From the NCBI GenBank assembly GCA_039189765.1, contig JBCCYL010000006.1, positions 32,001-96,000 on the forward strand: 64,000 nt of DNA. The letters run 5' to 3'. The stretch's first letter is position 1, and each line of letters begins with the position of its first letter. Positions 55,033-64,000 of this stretch are shown here, piece after piece. The stretch is from Cyanobacteria bacterium P01_F01_bin.150. GTDB lineage: Bacteria > Cyanobacteriota > Cyanobacteriia > CAKZMO01. The translations under genes and the position numbers were made by a program. Under the pieces are notes generated by a model. That model had not been told where the DNA came from. It worked only from the letters and a program-made list of their open reading frames with translations, and did not search any database.

Positions 55033-55441
55033 AATTTTTATCCAGGAGCTTGTTTAACCTAATATCCCAAAACGATGACTCATTAGCCATTTAGATCAAG
55101 ATAGACATGAAAACCATTATGCAAGTCCTACTGAGACTATATTCCAGAGACTGTAAACCTCTAGAGCCTTAAGCCTTGCACAGGAAGGCCTACAAGTTTC
55201 TCAATTCATATCTTCACTAAATCCAAGATGGAGCCAACGAGTTAATACTAACAAGATAATTGGCATTGTGAGAGAGTCTTGCCTCAAAGCAACGTGGGGT
55301 AGGGACTCATCAAATTATTGTCAAAACTCACAGTCGTAGACATACAGTAAGATTGAAAATTAGAGCAAAGAGCTGAATTTGCTATGCATCTGCCAATTTC
55401 TCAATAGTAGTACTAATTGCAGTACACAAACATTAGCCTCA

Positions 55442-55552
55442 GAAGGTGTCTGAAAAGCCAAAGCTAAGAGTTAAAGCTTGGATTCTTTCGTTGAACCCCA
55501 ATGACCAAAACAACGCTTTTTCATGATGTGATGACCCTTTTCAGACACCCTC
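55442..55552. mobile_element. 111-bp MITE-like element
   Basis: Terminal inverted repeats GAAGGTGTCTGAAAAG / CTTTTCAGACACCCTC (15/16 match), non-coding interior. Confidence 0.65.
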
Positions 55553-55690
55553 CAAATTTAATTATAGTCAGGCCGATTTAATTTTAAGCAATAGAACTCA
55601 GTAAAACCAACACCAAATAGCGTACTATTTATTACATACACCGACCATTGAGTATCTAATAAAGACTCGATTTTCAACTTTACAAGATTT

Positions 55691-58183
55691 ATGGAGAAGA
55701 CTCTTCAAGATTATCAAACCCGCATAGCTGAGCTTGAGGCAGCTAACCGAAAATTGCAGATGCAGCTAGATCAAAACAAGCTAGATTCCAACAACATTAG
55801 TGCTCATAAGTCCATCGAAAAGGCACCACAATCCCGGCTATCCATTCTTGAAGAGACGCCTAATGGTCACGACTCCCAGTATCGCCAAATATTTGAAACC
55901 GTCACTGATGGCTTGAGTATCATCAATCTGGAAACACAGACCACGGTTGCAATGAATCCTGCCTACCATAAAATACATGGATACTCTTACGATGAGTTTA
56001 TCACTTTATCACCAAATAAATATATTCACCCCGATTTCTGCCAACTGTTTCATCAGCTTATAGGAGCAGTGCAATCGGGTCATCGCTTTACCGGCCAGGC
56101 AACGGATATTCATAAGAACGGTAGTTCGATTGAATTAGACGTTAAAGGAATTCCGTTTACGTATCAAGGCAAACCCTACGCCCTTTGCATTCTTCGGGAT
56201 ATCACTCAGAGAGTGCGTTTAGAAGCTGAACGCGATCGCCAAGAGCAGGCATTACGGGCCATCGTAGAAGGAACGGCGACCCAAACTGGAGAAACGTTTT
56301 TTCGAGCCTGCGTCAAGCATCTTGCAGCAGCGTTAGGAGTGCGTTATGCCATCATTTCTAAGGTTATTCAAATTGACGGTCAACCCTCTGCCCAAACCTT
56401 GGCATTTTGGAATGATTCAGATTTTGGAGATAACTTTGTTTATGGCTTAAATAACACACCTTGTCTAGAGACCTTGCAGACCCACGCTATCTGCCGCTAT
56501 CCATCTGCTGTCCAATCTCAATTTCCTAATGTTCCCCCTTTGATGGCTCTCAACGCAGAAAGCTATGTGGGGATGCCAATCTTAAATTCCGGCGGAGATT
56601 TTCTAGGTTTTTTTGCGGTGGTAGATGTGGAGCCGATGGCACAACATTCAGACCTGCAAACATTTATTTTGGAAATCTTTGCAGCTCGAGCAGGGGCTGA
56701 AATTGAACGCATTCATGTTGAACAAGCGTTAATTGCCTCCAACAAACAAATCAAACAACAGGCTCAACAGGATCGCCTATTGAATCAAATTGCCCACCAA
56801 ATCCGCATATCCCTTGATCTAGAGTGCATTTTAAACACCACAGTCCGGGAAATTAGTCGTTTCTTGGGCATCGATCGCTGTCATTTTGCCTGGTATGTTC
56901 AAACGTCTACCTCCAGATATTGGGACGTAATTGCTGAGGTACAAGCCCCAGGGTTACCTAGCTTTCTTGGCCAACATCCGACAGATCGTTTCGGCGAACT
57001 AACAGATGCCCTTTTGCAACAACAAACTGTGCAGATCGATGATATTGCTTCTGTGCATGCAATTCAGACTAGAGACTTCCTAGCGTCCTTGGGCTATAAA
57101 TCGGTGCTAATGCTACCAATCCGGGCTAAGTCAGATCAACTGGGAATTATTGCTTGTATTCAAGCTCAATCGCTTCGCCGTTGGCAACCTGATGAGGTGG
57201 AATTTCTGCAAGCCGTTGTGGCCCAATTGGCGATCGCCCTGAATCAAGCCGAACTCCTAGTCCAAAGCGAAGCACGGGCGACAGAACTGGAACGTCTTTT
57301 AATCCAACTCCAGCAGACCCAATCTCACCTTGTCCAAAGTGAAAAGATGTCCAGCCTCGGGCAAATGGTCGCAGGAGTTGCCCATGAGATTAATAATCCA
57401 ATGAGTTTTATTTACGGAAACCTGAATTATGCACAACACTGTACTCAGCGTCTCATGAATCTCATTGATCTCTACAAACAGCATTATCCTCAAACACCGC
57501 CAGAGATTCAAAAAGTTATCCATGAGATAGAATTGGATTTCCTGAGGTCTGACCTTCCAAAAATGTTTAAATCAATGGAAGTAGGAGCTGATCGAATTTG
57601 CGAAATAATTAAATCTCTTAGAACATTTTCCCGTCTAGATGAAGCTGAAGTTAAGGACGTTGATATTCATGATGGTATTGATAGCAGCCTAACCATCTTG
57701 GAGACACGATTACGAGCGCAGAATTGGCGACCAAGCATTCAGGTCATTAAACACTATGGAACCCTTCCCCATATAGAGTGCTACCCCGGTCCACTAAACC
57801 AAGTGTTTATGAATATCCTTTGCAACGCAATCGATGCTCTTGAAGAAAAGGACCATGAACGTTCCTGGTTACAAATGGAGTCATTGCCAAGCACGATTTG
57901 GATTCAAACCGAGTTAGTCGAACCTTACTCCGACCAATTTTCCCACCCGACTGTTTCTATCACGATTCGCGACAATGGTTCTGGCATGAGTTCAGACACC
58001 AAAAATAAGCTATTCAATCCTTTTTTTACCACTAAACCTGTCGGTCGAGGAACAGGACTAGGGCTTTCCATTAGCTACCAAATCATTACGGAAACACACG
58101 GTGGCACCATCGAATGTCAATCAAAATTAGGCTCAGGTTCGATTTTTACCATTCACCTCCCCCTCAATCCTCAAGCATATTAA
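55691..58183 (+). CDS. PAS-GAF-GAF sensor histidine kinase
   Basis: PAS (YIHPD, RDITQR), two GAF domains, EKMSSLGQMVAGVAHEINNP, FFTTKPVGRGTGLGLSIS. Confidence 0.93.
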   Translation: MEKTLQDYQTRIAELEAANRKLQMQLDQNKLDSNNISAHKSIEKAPQSRLSILEETPNGHDSQYRQIFETVTDGLSIINLETQTTVAMNPAYHKIHGYSYDEFITLSPNKYIHPDFCQLFHQLIGAVQSGHRFTGQATDIHKNGSSIELDVKGIPFTYQGKPYALCILRDITQRVRLEAERDRQEQALRAIVEGTATQTGETFFRACVKHLAAALGVRYAIISKVIQIDGQPSAQTLAFWNDSDFGDNFVYGLNNTPCLETLQTHAICRYPSAVQSQFPNVPPLMALNAESYVGMPILNSGGDFLGFFAVVDVEPMAQHSDLQTFILEIFAARAGAEIERIHVEQALIASNKQIKQQAQQDRLLNQIAHQIRISLDLECILNTTVREISRFLGIDRCHFAWYVQTSTSRYWDVIAEVQAPGLPSFLGQHPTDRFGELTDALLQQQTVQIDDIASVHAIQTRDFLASLGYKSVLMLPIRAKSDQLGIIACIQAQSLRRWQPDEVEFLQAVVAQLAIALNQAELLVQSEARATELERLLIQLQQTQSHLVQSEKMSSLGQMVAGVAHEINNPMSFIYGNLNYAQHCTQRLMNLIDLYKQHYPQTPPEIQKVIHEIELDFLRSDLPKMFKSMEVGADRICEIIKSLRTFSRLDEAEVKDVDIHDGIDSSLTILETRLRAQNWRPSIQVIKHYGTLPHIECYPGPLNQVFMNILCNAIDALEEKDHERSWLQMESLPSTIWIQTELVEPYSDQFSHPTVSITIRDNGSGMSSDTKNKLFNPFFTTKPVGRGTGLGLSISYQIITETHGGTIECQSKLGSGSIFTIHLPLNPQAY

Positions 58184-58385
58184 ATCAGCCCTATAGAGTC
58201 TCCAACGTGGCAATCATCACAGCGACACCACTCAAGAAACACAGTAGGTTTTTGGCGAAATTTATCATGCTCCATGTTCAAAAGTCTTGTATGGTGAGAC
58301 AGAATGGTGATGCCATGCTCCTATCTCTAATCATTAATCCAACATACTGAATCGCCCCCTAAATATTCATTAGCCCACTATATTT

Positions 58386-59798
58386 ATGACCCACCCAATC
58401 GGTTCTAATCAGTTAGATCCAAATTTGCAAACTGCGCCGCCAAACACCAATCCTTTCCCGGATCTGGATACTTTAGAAAGCAAGCTTAAGAATCATCCCC
58501 AAGATGTGGTTGATAATTACTCTGAGTCATTTGATGAATTTCATGATTCCCCTAACACTCCTAAAAAATCTGACACATCCAATGGCCAAGTTTTACTGCT
58601 GCTGTTTCTAAGCGTTTTCGTCGATTTAATCGGCTTTGGAGTTATTGCCCCCCTGATGCCGTTTATTGCAGAAACATTTGGGGCCAGTCCATTACAAGTC
58701 ACCCAGCTATTTGCACTCTATTCCCTGATGCAGCTTATTTTTACTCCCTTCTGGGGATATTTAAGCGATCGCATCGGCCGTCGCCCAATTCTGCTGATGT
58801 GCTATCTGGGTAGTTGCATATCCTATGTTCTATTTGCCTTTTCTCCCAATCTGACCCTCATTTTTATGACTCGAGCATTAGCGGGCATCACAGGGTCCAG
58901 CATCACGGTGACCAAAGCCTACATTGCCGATATAACCACCCCAGAAAACCGGGCCAAAGGCATGGGAATTATTGGTGCAGCCTTCGGTTGTGGATTTATG
59001 GTGGGTCCAGCCCTGGGTGGACTACTAGCAGGGTCTAGAGAAAATCCCAACTTCCAGTTGCCATTATTAGTGGCAGCTGGATTGGCCCTTGCGGCTTTTA
59101 CCTTTGCTCTAGTGGCTTTGCCTGAATCCCTTCCCAAGCAACTGCTACAAAAAAAACGCGAGCAACGCCAATCGAACTCGAAACCATCCAAACGCTTTAA
59201 TTTAAGGACAGTATTACGCGTCTTAAAACCAATTCAAATTCGTCGACTGGTCAGCATTTCTTTTCTCTTTTCCCTTGCCTCCGTCGGAGTACAAGCGATT
59301 TTAGTGTTGTGGTGTGAACGACAGTTTGATTGGGGACCCCGTCCCCTTGGCATTCTATTTATGTTTTACGGCATTATTGCAACAGTCATTCAGGGTGGAT
59401 TGATTGGTGTTCTGACCAGTCGATTTAAAGAACAAACTCTTTTACTGATAGGAATTATTTTTCAAGGATTTGGACTCTTGGTGGCTCCCCTATCGACCAC
59501 CGTTGCCCTGCTCGTTTTAGGCACCAGTATCTGGGTTGTCGGTGAATCTGTCTGTCGGCCTGCGCTCAACAGTTTAACTTCGCGCATAGCATCTGACGAT
59601 GAACAGGGCATAACCCTGGGAGTAGCGCAATCCTTCATGTCAGGAGCCAATATTTTCGGGCCGATCCTTGCGGGATGGTTATTTATGAAGTTTGGAGGGC
59701 AATGGTCTTTCTGGGCTGGAACAATCATGATGATTGTTGCAACGATATTAGGATTGCAATTCAAACGGGCTGGATTACAAGCCGTAGCGAGACAGTAG
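58386..59798 (+). CDS. MFS transporter, TetA/DHA1-like
   Basis: D.IGFG...P, G.LSDRIGRRP motif A, AYIADIT, G.G...GP.LGG; about 12 TM helices. Confidence 0.92.
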   Translation: MTHPIGSNQLDPNLQTAPPNTNPFPDLDTLESKLKNHPQDVVDNYSESFDEFHDSPNTPKKSDTSNGQVLLLLFLSVFVDLIGFGVIAPLMPFIAETFGASPLQVTQLFALYSLMQLIFTPFWGYLSDRIGRRPILLMCYLGSCISYVLFAFSPNLTLIFMTRALAGITGSSITVTKAYIADITTPENRAKGMGIIGAAFGCGFMVGPALGGLLAGSRENPNFQLPLLVAAGLALAAFTFALVALPESLPKQLLQKKREQRQSNSKPSKRFNLRTVLRVLKPIQIRRLVSISFLFSLASVGVQAILVLWCERQFDWGPRPLGILFMFYGIIATVIQGGLIGVLTSRFKEQTLLLIGIIFQGFGLLVAPLSTTVALLVLGTSIWVVGESVCRPALNSLTSRIASDDEQGITLGVAQSFMSGANIFGPILAGWLFMKFGGQWSFWAGTIMMIVATILGLQFKRAGLQAVARQ

Positions 59799-60005
59799 AC
59801 TGCCAAAAAGACCGAATCACAGTTTATTGACTAATTGCTAGTTATACGTAAATATATTTATTTTACAAAAAATACGTCTTATTTATTACATTTATGTTGA
59901 CCTGAACTCGATCCTGGGAAGACTAAATTTAGATGCAGATAAATCATTCAAACATGTCTGCTCAACTGACCTACATTGCAAATAGCACCGTGGAGAACAA
60001 CAGAT

Positions 60006-60548
60006 ATGAGCATAGCAAGAATTGTTGAACAAGCGTTACAGGATGGTTATCTAACTCCTGCTATGGAAGCAGAAGTGGGCCGTATTTGTGACACAGCCTC
60101 AGAGTTATCCATTGAAGAATATATGGCCCTTGATCGGCTAATGGGGGCCTTACTCACGGGAGAGGTAGTGGCTGTTCCTCGGAAGCAGTTCATCAATGTC
60201 ATGGAAGAATTAGCGCTGACGGAAGCAATTTCCCGAGTTGCTGAAATTGAGGCAACAACTGATCAGACGCTAGACTTAGGAGATATTGCAGCCTATGCTC
60301 TCAATCGATTACCGCCCCTTTATGCCACAACAGAAGAAGGCGCAGATTATCAGCGCAGCCGTGCTAAAGAAGATCTCCAGGGATTAATTGCAGAAAAAGT
60401 GGATGAAGCGATCGCCCGAAACTTAAAGAATCCAGCTTTTTTCCCCGAACGACAAGCCATCCAAAAAGGCAATCACGACGAAGTATTAGGCCAAGTCAGC
60501 TCAATCTTACAAACCTATGCACACAAATTTGAGGCAGCCGCACCTTAA
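60006..60548 (+). CDS. cdgR: ComFB-domain protein, CdgR-like c-di-GMP receptor
   Basis: MSI..IVEQALQDGYLTPAMEAEVGRIC, INVMEE and DIAAYALNRLPPLYATT, recognised from memory of the cyanobacterial family. Confidence 0.75.
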   Translation: MSIARIVEQALQDGYLTPAMEAEVGRICDTASELSIEEYMALDRLMGALLTGEVVAVPRKQFINVMEELALTEAISRVAEIEATTDQTLDLGDIAAYALNRLPPLYATTEEGADYQRSRAKEDLQGLIAEKVDEAIARNLKNPAFFPERQAIQKGNHDEVLGQVSSILQTYAHKFEAAAP

Positions 60549-60593
60549 AATAAAAAGCTAAATTTTTCTACGTAATCACTAATCATTAGACCC

Positions 60594-61538
60594 TTATGGT
60601 TGCACAATAACGAGGGTGCCCAACGCCACTTGAGCATACAGTTCTTGAATATCAGTATCATGTAAACGAATGCAGCCATGGGAAATGGCTTGACCAATGG
60701 ATTGGGACTTATTTGTCCCATGAAATCCAATTTGGTGAATGCCATCGGACCAAAAGCCAATCCAACGACTCCCCAACGGACTATCCTTTCCTGAAGGAAC
60801 CAATTCTCCTGTTAAGGGATGTCTCCATAGAGGACTGGGATCTTTATCCGTAACAGTAAATTCTCCTAGCGGAGTTTCCCATCCCATTTTGCCAATGGCA
60901 ATCGGATAAGTTTTTATTTCTTTCTCCTGTTGATAAAACGTGAGTTGACGCTCACTCAAATCTACGACTAGTCGCGCCGTCGAGTATTCCTGTTGGTTTT
61001 TGCTAGGTTCGGTCAGTCTGTGTTCCGTTTGTTGATGATTTTTACTCGCTGTCTCTCCAGAACCCAAAGGAGGCTGTATGGAATAATCTTCTGAAAAATT
61101 AACCTCATTTTCTGGTGCAGATAGCAAGGCTACAGCTTGCGTCTGCACTTTTTTAATGCTGGACTGAGCATTTAGCGGTCTGAACTCTAAACTTTCAAGC
61201 ACAGAAGGTCTGGCAGACTTTGCTAATCGATCAGCGATCGCCTGGACAGGGGAGACAGGAATTTGAAGCGACCATGATAACACCTGAGAAGCCAGTGGAC
61301 GAGCGGTGGATGCATGGCCATTCGGCAGACGCCCCATCTCTGAATTGGATAATTGCTGAACGCTAGAGAGCTGAAGAGCAGTATTTTCTTGTGTATTGAC
61401 TTTTGTATTAACTTTTGCGTTCGTTCGAGAATCGTGTCTAGACGAAACATAACCCGATAGTTGAACCGACAGAAGTAGCCCAGCGGCAACAAAACTCATC
61501 GCCATCAATGATTGGGAAATAGAGTTGTTATATTGCAT
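60594..61538 (-). CDS. L,D-transpeptidase (YkuD family)
   Basis: LVVDLS.R, YPIAIG, TP.G.F, PLG.RW and GFHGT...SHGCIRL. Confidence 0.93.
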   Translation of the reverse strand: MQYNNSISQSLMAMSFVAAGLLLSVQLSGYVSSRHDSRTNAKVNTKVNTQENTALQLSSVQQLSNSEMGRLPNGHASTARPLASQVLSWSLQIPVSPVQAIADRLAKSARPSVLESLEFRPLNAQSSIKKVQTQAVALLSAPENEVNFSEDYSIQPPLGSGETASKNHQQTEHRLTEPSKNQQEYSTARLVVDLSERQLTFYQQEKEIKTYPIAIGKMGWETPLGEFTVTDKDPSPLWRHPLTGELVPSGKDSPLGSRWIGFWSDGIHQIGFHGTNKSQSIGQAISHGCIRLHDTDIQELYAQVALGTLVIVQP

Positions 61539-61586
61539 AGCCCTCTACATAATTTTTCTCCACACTAAAGGAGTCTCCTACCTATT

Positions 61587-62186
61587 TTACGATGCCCCTG
61601 AAACTTTGGTTAAGACAAAAACACTACCTTGATTCCCACGACCAATCCTTAAGCTATCGTCCAAATAGGTCACCTCTAACCAGCCCTTCCGCTCGCGACG
61701 AGCAAGGGCAATATCGATCGCCAAAAACCGCTGAATCGTTTCCAATTGCTGCATAAATTGCTGGGGATTTTGATATCCCACCAAGCGTTGCAAGCCGAAC
61801 ACCGCACGTTGAAATTGCACTTGCACTCGCTGCTCTGAGGAAGGTTCAAACGTGGCGGCCACACTGACCAAGCCTCCCAATCCAGGAAGCCCATTAATTT
61901 CAGCAATGTTATAAATCTTGGCCTGATCTGCATCGATACATTGATAGACTTGGCCTAACACATAGAGAGGAACACGGTTGATACCCAGCAGCTCATCACT
62001 CGTGGTGTACAACAATCGCCACACACCCGATAGCGTACTTTTAGCTTCTAAGGGTTGAGAAATAGGGGCTTGGGCTTCTAGCTGGGCGATCGCCTCAAAT
62101 ATCGCTTTATTTTCAGTCTCATTGGCTAACAGCCCTCGGTTCCGTCCAGCGATCGCCTCCAGCAATGTCGCTTTTGCTGTCGTCAT
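61587..62186 (-). CDS. PAP/fibrillin family protein
   Basis: NRGL, L.G.WRLLYTTS, VYQCID and GWLEVTYLD..LRIGRGN.GSVFVL. Confidence 0.93.
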   Translation of the reverse strand: MTTAKATLLEAIAGRNRGLLANETENKAIFEAIAQLEAQAPISQPLEAKSTLSGVWRLLYTTSDELLGINRVPLYVLGQVYQCIDADQAKIYNIAEINGLPGLGGLVSVAATFEPSSEQRVQVQFQRAVFGLQRLVGYQNPQQFMQQLETIQRFLAIDIALARRERKGWLEVTYLDDSLRIGRGNQGSVFVLTKVSGAS

Positions 62187-62243
62187 GGCCGGTTCCTCCT
62201 GTTTATTGACATCTAGCCCAGACCTCGGATTGTCTTTGTCATG

Positions 62244-62278
62244 CGGGAAACTGGGGCGCGGAGCGCCCCAGTTTCCCG
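62244..62278. repeat. palindromic dispersed repeat, copy 2
   Basis: CGGGAAACTGGGGCGCGGAGCGCCCCAGTTTCCCG hairpin, same family as 52522-52554. Confidence 0.85.
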
Positions 62279-62456
62279 GTAAATATTTCCCAGCTTAAGC
62301 TTTAAACCGAAGCATTAGGATAACACGGCAATATCGTAACAGAATCCCCTTTCATTGTTGCTAGCGCCAAACATAATCTAATAATAATCGTGTGGGCACG
62401 ACGCGCCCTCATTTTCCACAAGCTTGTTATGAAACGTCTTTTAAGGCACGAGAAAA

Positions 62457-62870
62457 TCACTCAATCGCCAACGATACTTGACCGCTGCCAATATCTCGAA
62501 GCGTAATCAAGGCACGGGTCACCTCATTGTATTCCAGCTCACGGTCAGCCTTTAGACGGACATAACCATTAGGAGTTTTGGACAGATATTGGCGAATTTC
62601 AGTGGCAAGAATCGTCACATCCGTTTGCTGATCTGCAATCAGCAATTGCCCTTCTTTATTAAGCCCGACTACCAATGGCTCAACTGTTTCTTCTTCAACC
62701 GCCCCATCGAAATCGTCAGGAGAAGGAGCTTCTACAGTAAGGATATTTTGACTGCTTAAATTCATCGAAATGATGATGAAAAACGTTAAGACAGACATCA
62801 ACACATCCATCAAGGGAACTAGATTAACCTCAGGGAGTTGGCTTTTAAACTGTCGTCGCCGTACATTCAC
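62457..62870 (-). CDS. exbD: biopolymer transport protein ExbD/TolR
   Basis: EVNLVPLMDVLM..L.FF and LKADR.L.Y. Confidence 0.92.
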   Translation of the reverse strand: MNVRRRQFKSQLPEVNLVPLMDVLMSVLTFFIIISMNLSSQNILTVEAPSPDDFDGAVEEETVEPLVVGLNKEGQLLIADQQTDVTILATEIRQYLSKTPNGYVRLKADRELEYNEVTRALITLRDIGSGQVSLAIE

Positions 62871-63298
62871 GATCCCGATTCCTCCAGTGCAAGGGAAACG
62901 CGATCGCCACCCAGAATTTTCATCTCTACCAGAAAGTCTATGACATCTTCATAGGGAACCTGTTTATCGGCCACTAAAAACACGAGCGTATCATCTCGCT
63001 GAGCCAGGTGCTCCTGCATCACTGGATTAATGCCCTCATAGGGAATCGGCACATCATCAATAAAATATTCGCCAGCGTCACCCAATCGAATAATTAGAGG
63101 AGGAATAGGATCTTCCCCAGGTTCATCTAGCTCTTCAGGTGGTGCATCTGCATCTGCTGGCAGTTGAATTGTAATACCCCGAGGCTGCCCCAAGGTCATT
63201 GTAATAATCACAAAAAAAGCTAGTACTCCCAGCAACACATTCAGCATGGGGATGAGATTAATCGTTGGGATAGAAGCTTGCTGCTGACGAAAACGCAT
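62867..63298 (-). CDS. exbD: biopolymer transport protein ExbD/TolR, second copy (Asn at the TM Asp position)
   Basis: INLIPMLNVLL..LAFF and LVADKQVPY; overlaps the next gene by 4 nt. Confidence 0.88.
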   Translation of the reverse strand: MRFRQQQASIPTINLIPMLNVLLGVLAFFVIITMTLGQPRGITIQLPADADAPPEELDEPGEDPIPPLIIRLGDAGEYFIDDVPIPYEGINPVMQEHLAQRDDTLVFLVADKQVPYEDVIDFLVEMKILGGDRVSLALEESGS

Positions 63299-63368
63299 AG
63301 GACGATGTTAATGGCTCTATGTTGCTCGACTATTGCTCTATTGTTGCTCTGATAGCGCTTGTAAGACA

Positions 63369-64000
63369 CTAGACCACCCTTTTTTCTGGCGTTATCACTG
63401 GTGATGCTTGATTCTGGCTATTTTGGGCACTCTGAGGCTCGTACCACCGCTGACGATAAATGAGTTCCAGTTCAGTACCGACTTCAGAAAAGTAATCCAT
63501 TTGCTGAGCCTGTAACGAAACAAAAACTCGAAAAACGGCTAAGGCCAAAATGGCAACAACCATGCCCGCAGCCGTAGTAATCAATGCTTCTCCAATTCCG
63601 CCAGCGGCAAGTGTTGCACCTTCGCCTGCACCACCACCACCAATATCAAGGTTGTTAAAGGTAACAATCAGTCCAGTTACGGTCCCTAACAGACCAAGAA
63701 GAGGCGCGATCGCCACTACAGTCTCTAAAAACTTATCGCCCTTACGCATTTTGACAAACTCTTTATCTGCCGCTGCTTCCAAAGCAAGTCTGAAGGTCTC
63801 AGGAGTGGGCCGATTGAGTTGAAGCGGAGCTAATAAAAAGCGACCGATCGCGACTTGCTGGGCCTGTTCGGCAATTATTTGAGCATCATCCAAGTTGTAA
63901 TGAGCGGCTGCCAACACATCATGGACAATACGATCCTCTTGACGCAGAAGTAGAACCCAAAACCATGTACGCTCTAGTGCAGTGGCAAAAGTCAGCACCG
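63369..64000 (-). CDS. exbB: MotA/TolQ/ExbB proton channel protein, 5'-truncated by the window
   Basis: APLLGLLGTV.GLI..F and GIGEALITTAAG. Confidence 0.93.
   Translation of the reverse strand, partial: VLTFATALERTWFWVLLLRQEDRIVHDVLAAAHYNLDDAQIIAEQAQQVAIGRFLLAPLQLNRPTPETFRLALEAAADKEFVKMRKGDKFLETVVAIAPLLGLLGTVTGLIVTFNNLDIGGGGAGEGATLAAGGIGEALITTAAGMVVAILALAVFRVFVSLQAQQMDYFSEVGTELELIYRQRWYEPQSAQNSQNQASPVITPEKRVV

Noticed and set aside
63313..63352. GCTCTATGTT-like 10-11-nt repeats between exbB and exbD
   Set aside because: Short, degenerate and seen once; most likely slippage without function.
1..64000. GCGATCGC recurrence as a novel repeat
   Set aside because: This is the well-known cyanobacterial HIP1 octamer.

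Overview
Cyanobacterial chromosomal segment: HIP1 GCGATCGC is abundant and psbZ-ribH, PAP-fibrillin and a ComFB/CdgR-type gene are present. 1-4.9 kb holds two tandem FG-GAP/Calx-beta/RTX secreted proteins. 4.9-26.6 kb is a dense signalling island: CHASE2 kinase, DUF928, a small secreted Pro/Gly peptide, a wHTH-AAA_35 protein, a Ser/Thr kinase-AAA-GAF-AAA_35 protein, heme-c and Cache hybrid kinases, an OmpR regulator and a REC-GGDEF-EAL protein. 26.9-40 kb is accessory: two RTX proteins sharing one promoter element, a Thr-rich 23-aa repeat protein, toxin/antitoxin-like genes, a candidate structured antisense sRNA and a CtpA-like protein lacking the catalytic Lys. 40-64 kb is mostly housekeeping (codB, queA, yraN, ribH, psbZ, ABC ATPase, folM/folK-like, MFS, L,D-transpeptidase, exbBDD). 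Several small dispersed palindromic or MITE-like repeat families occur, one copy lying in frame inside a gene. No rRNA, tRNA, CRISPR array or transposase was recognised. Best candidates for undescribed systems are (i) the peptide/DUF928/CHASE2/AAA_35 locus at 4.9-16.8 kb and (ii) the sRNA plus small-protein module at 33.4-33.8 kb. All family assignments are from motif recognition by eye; no searches were run.
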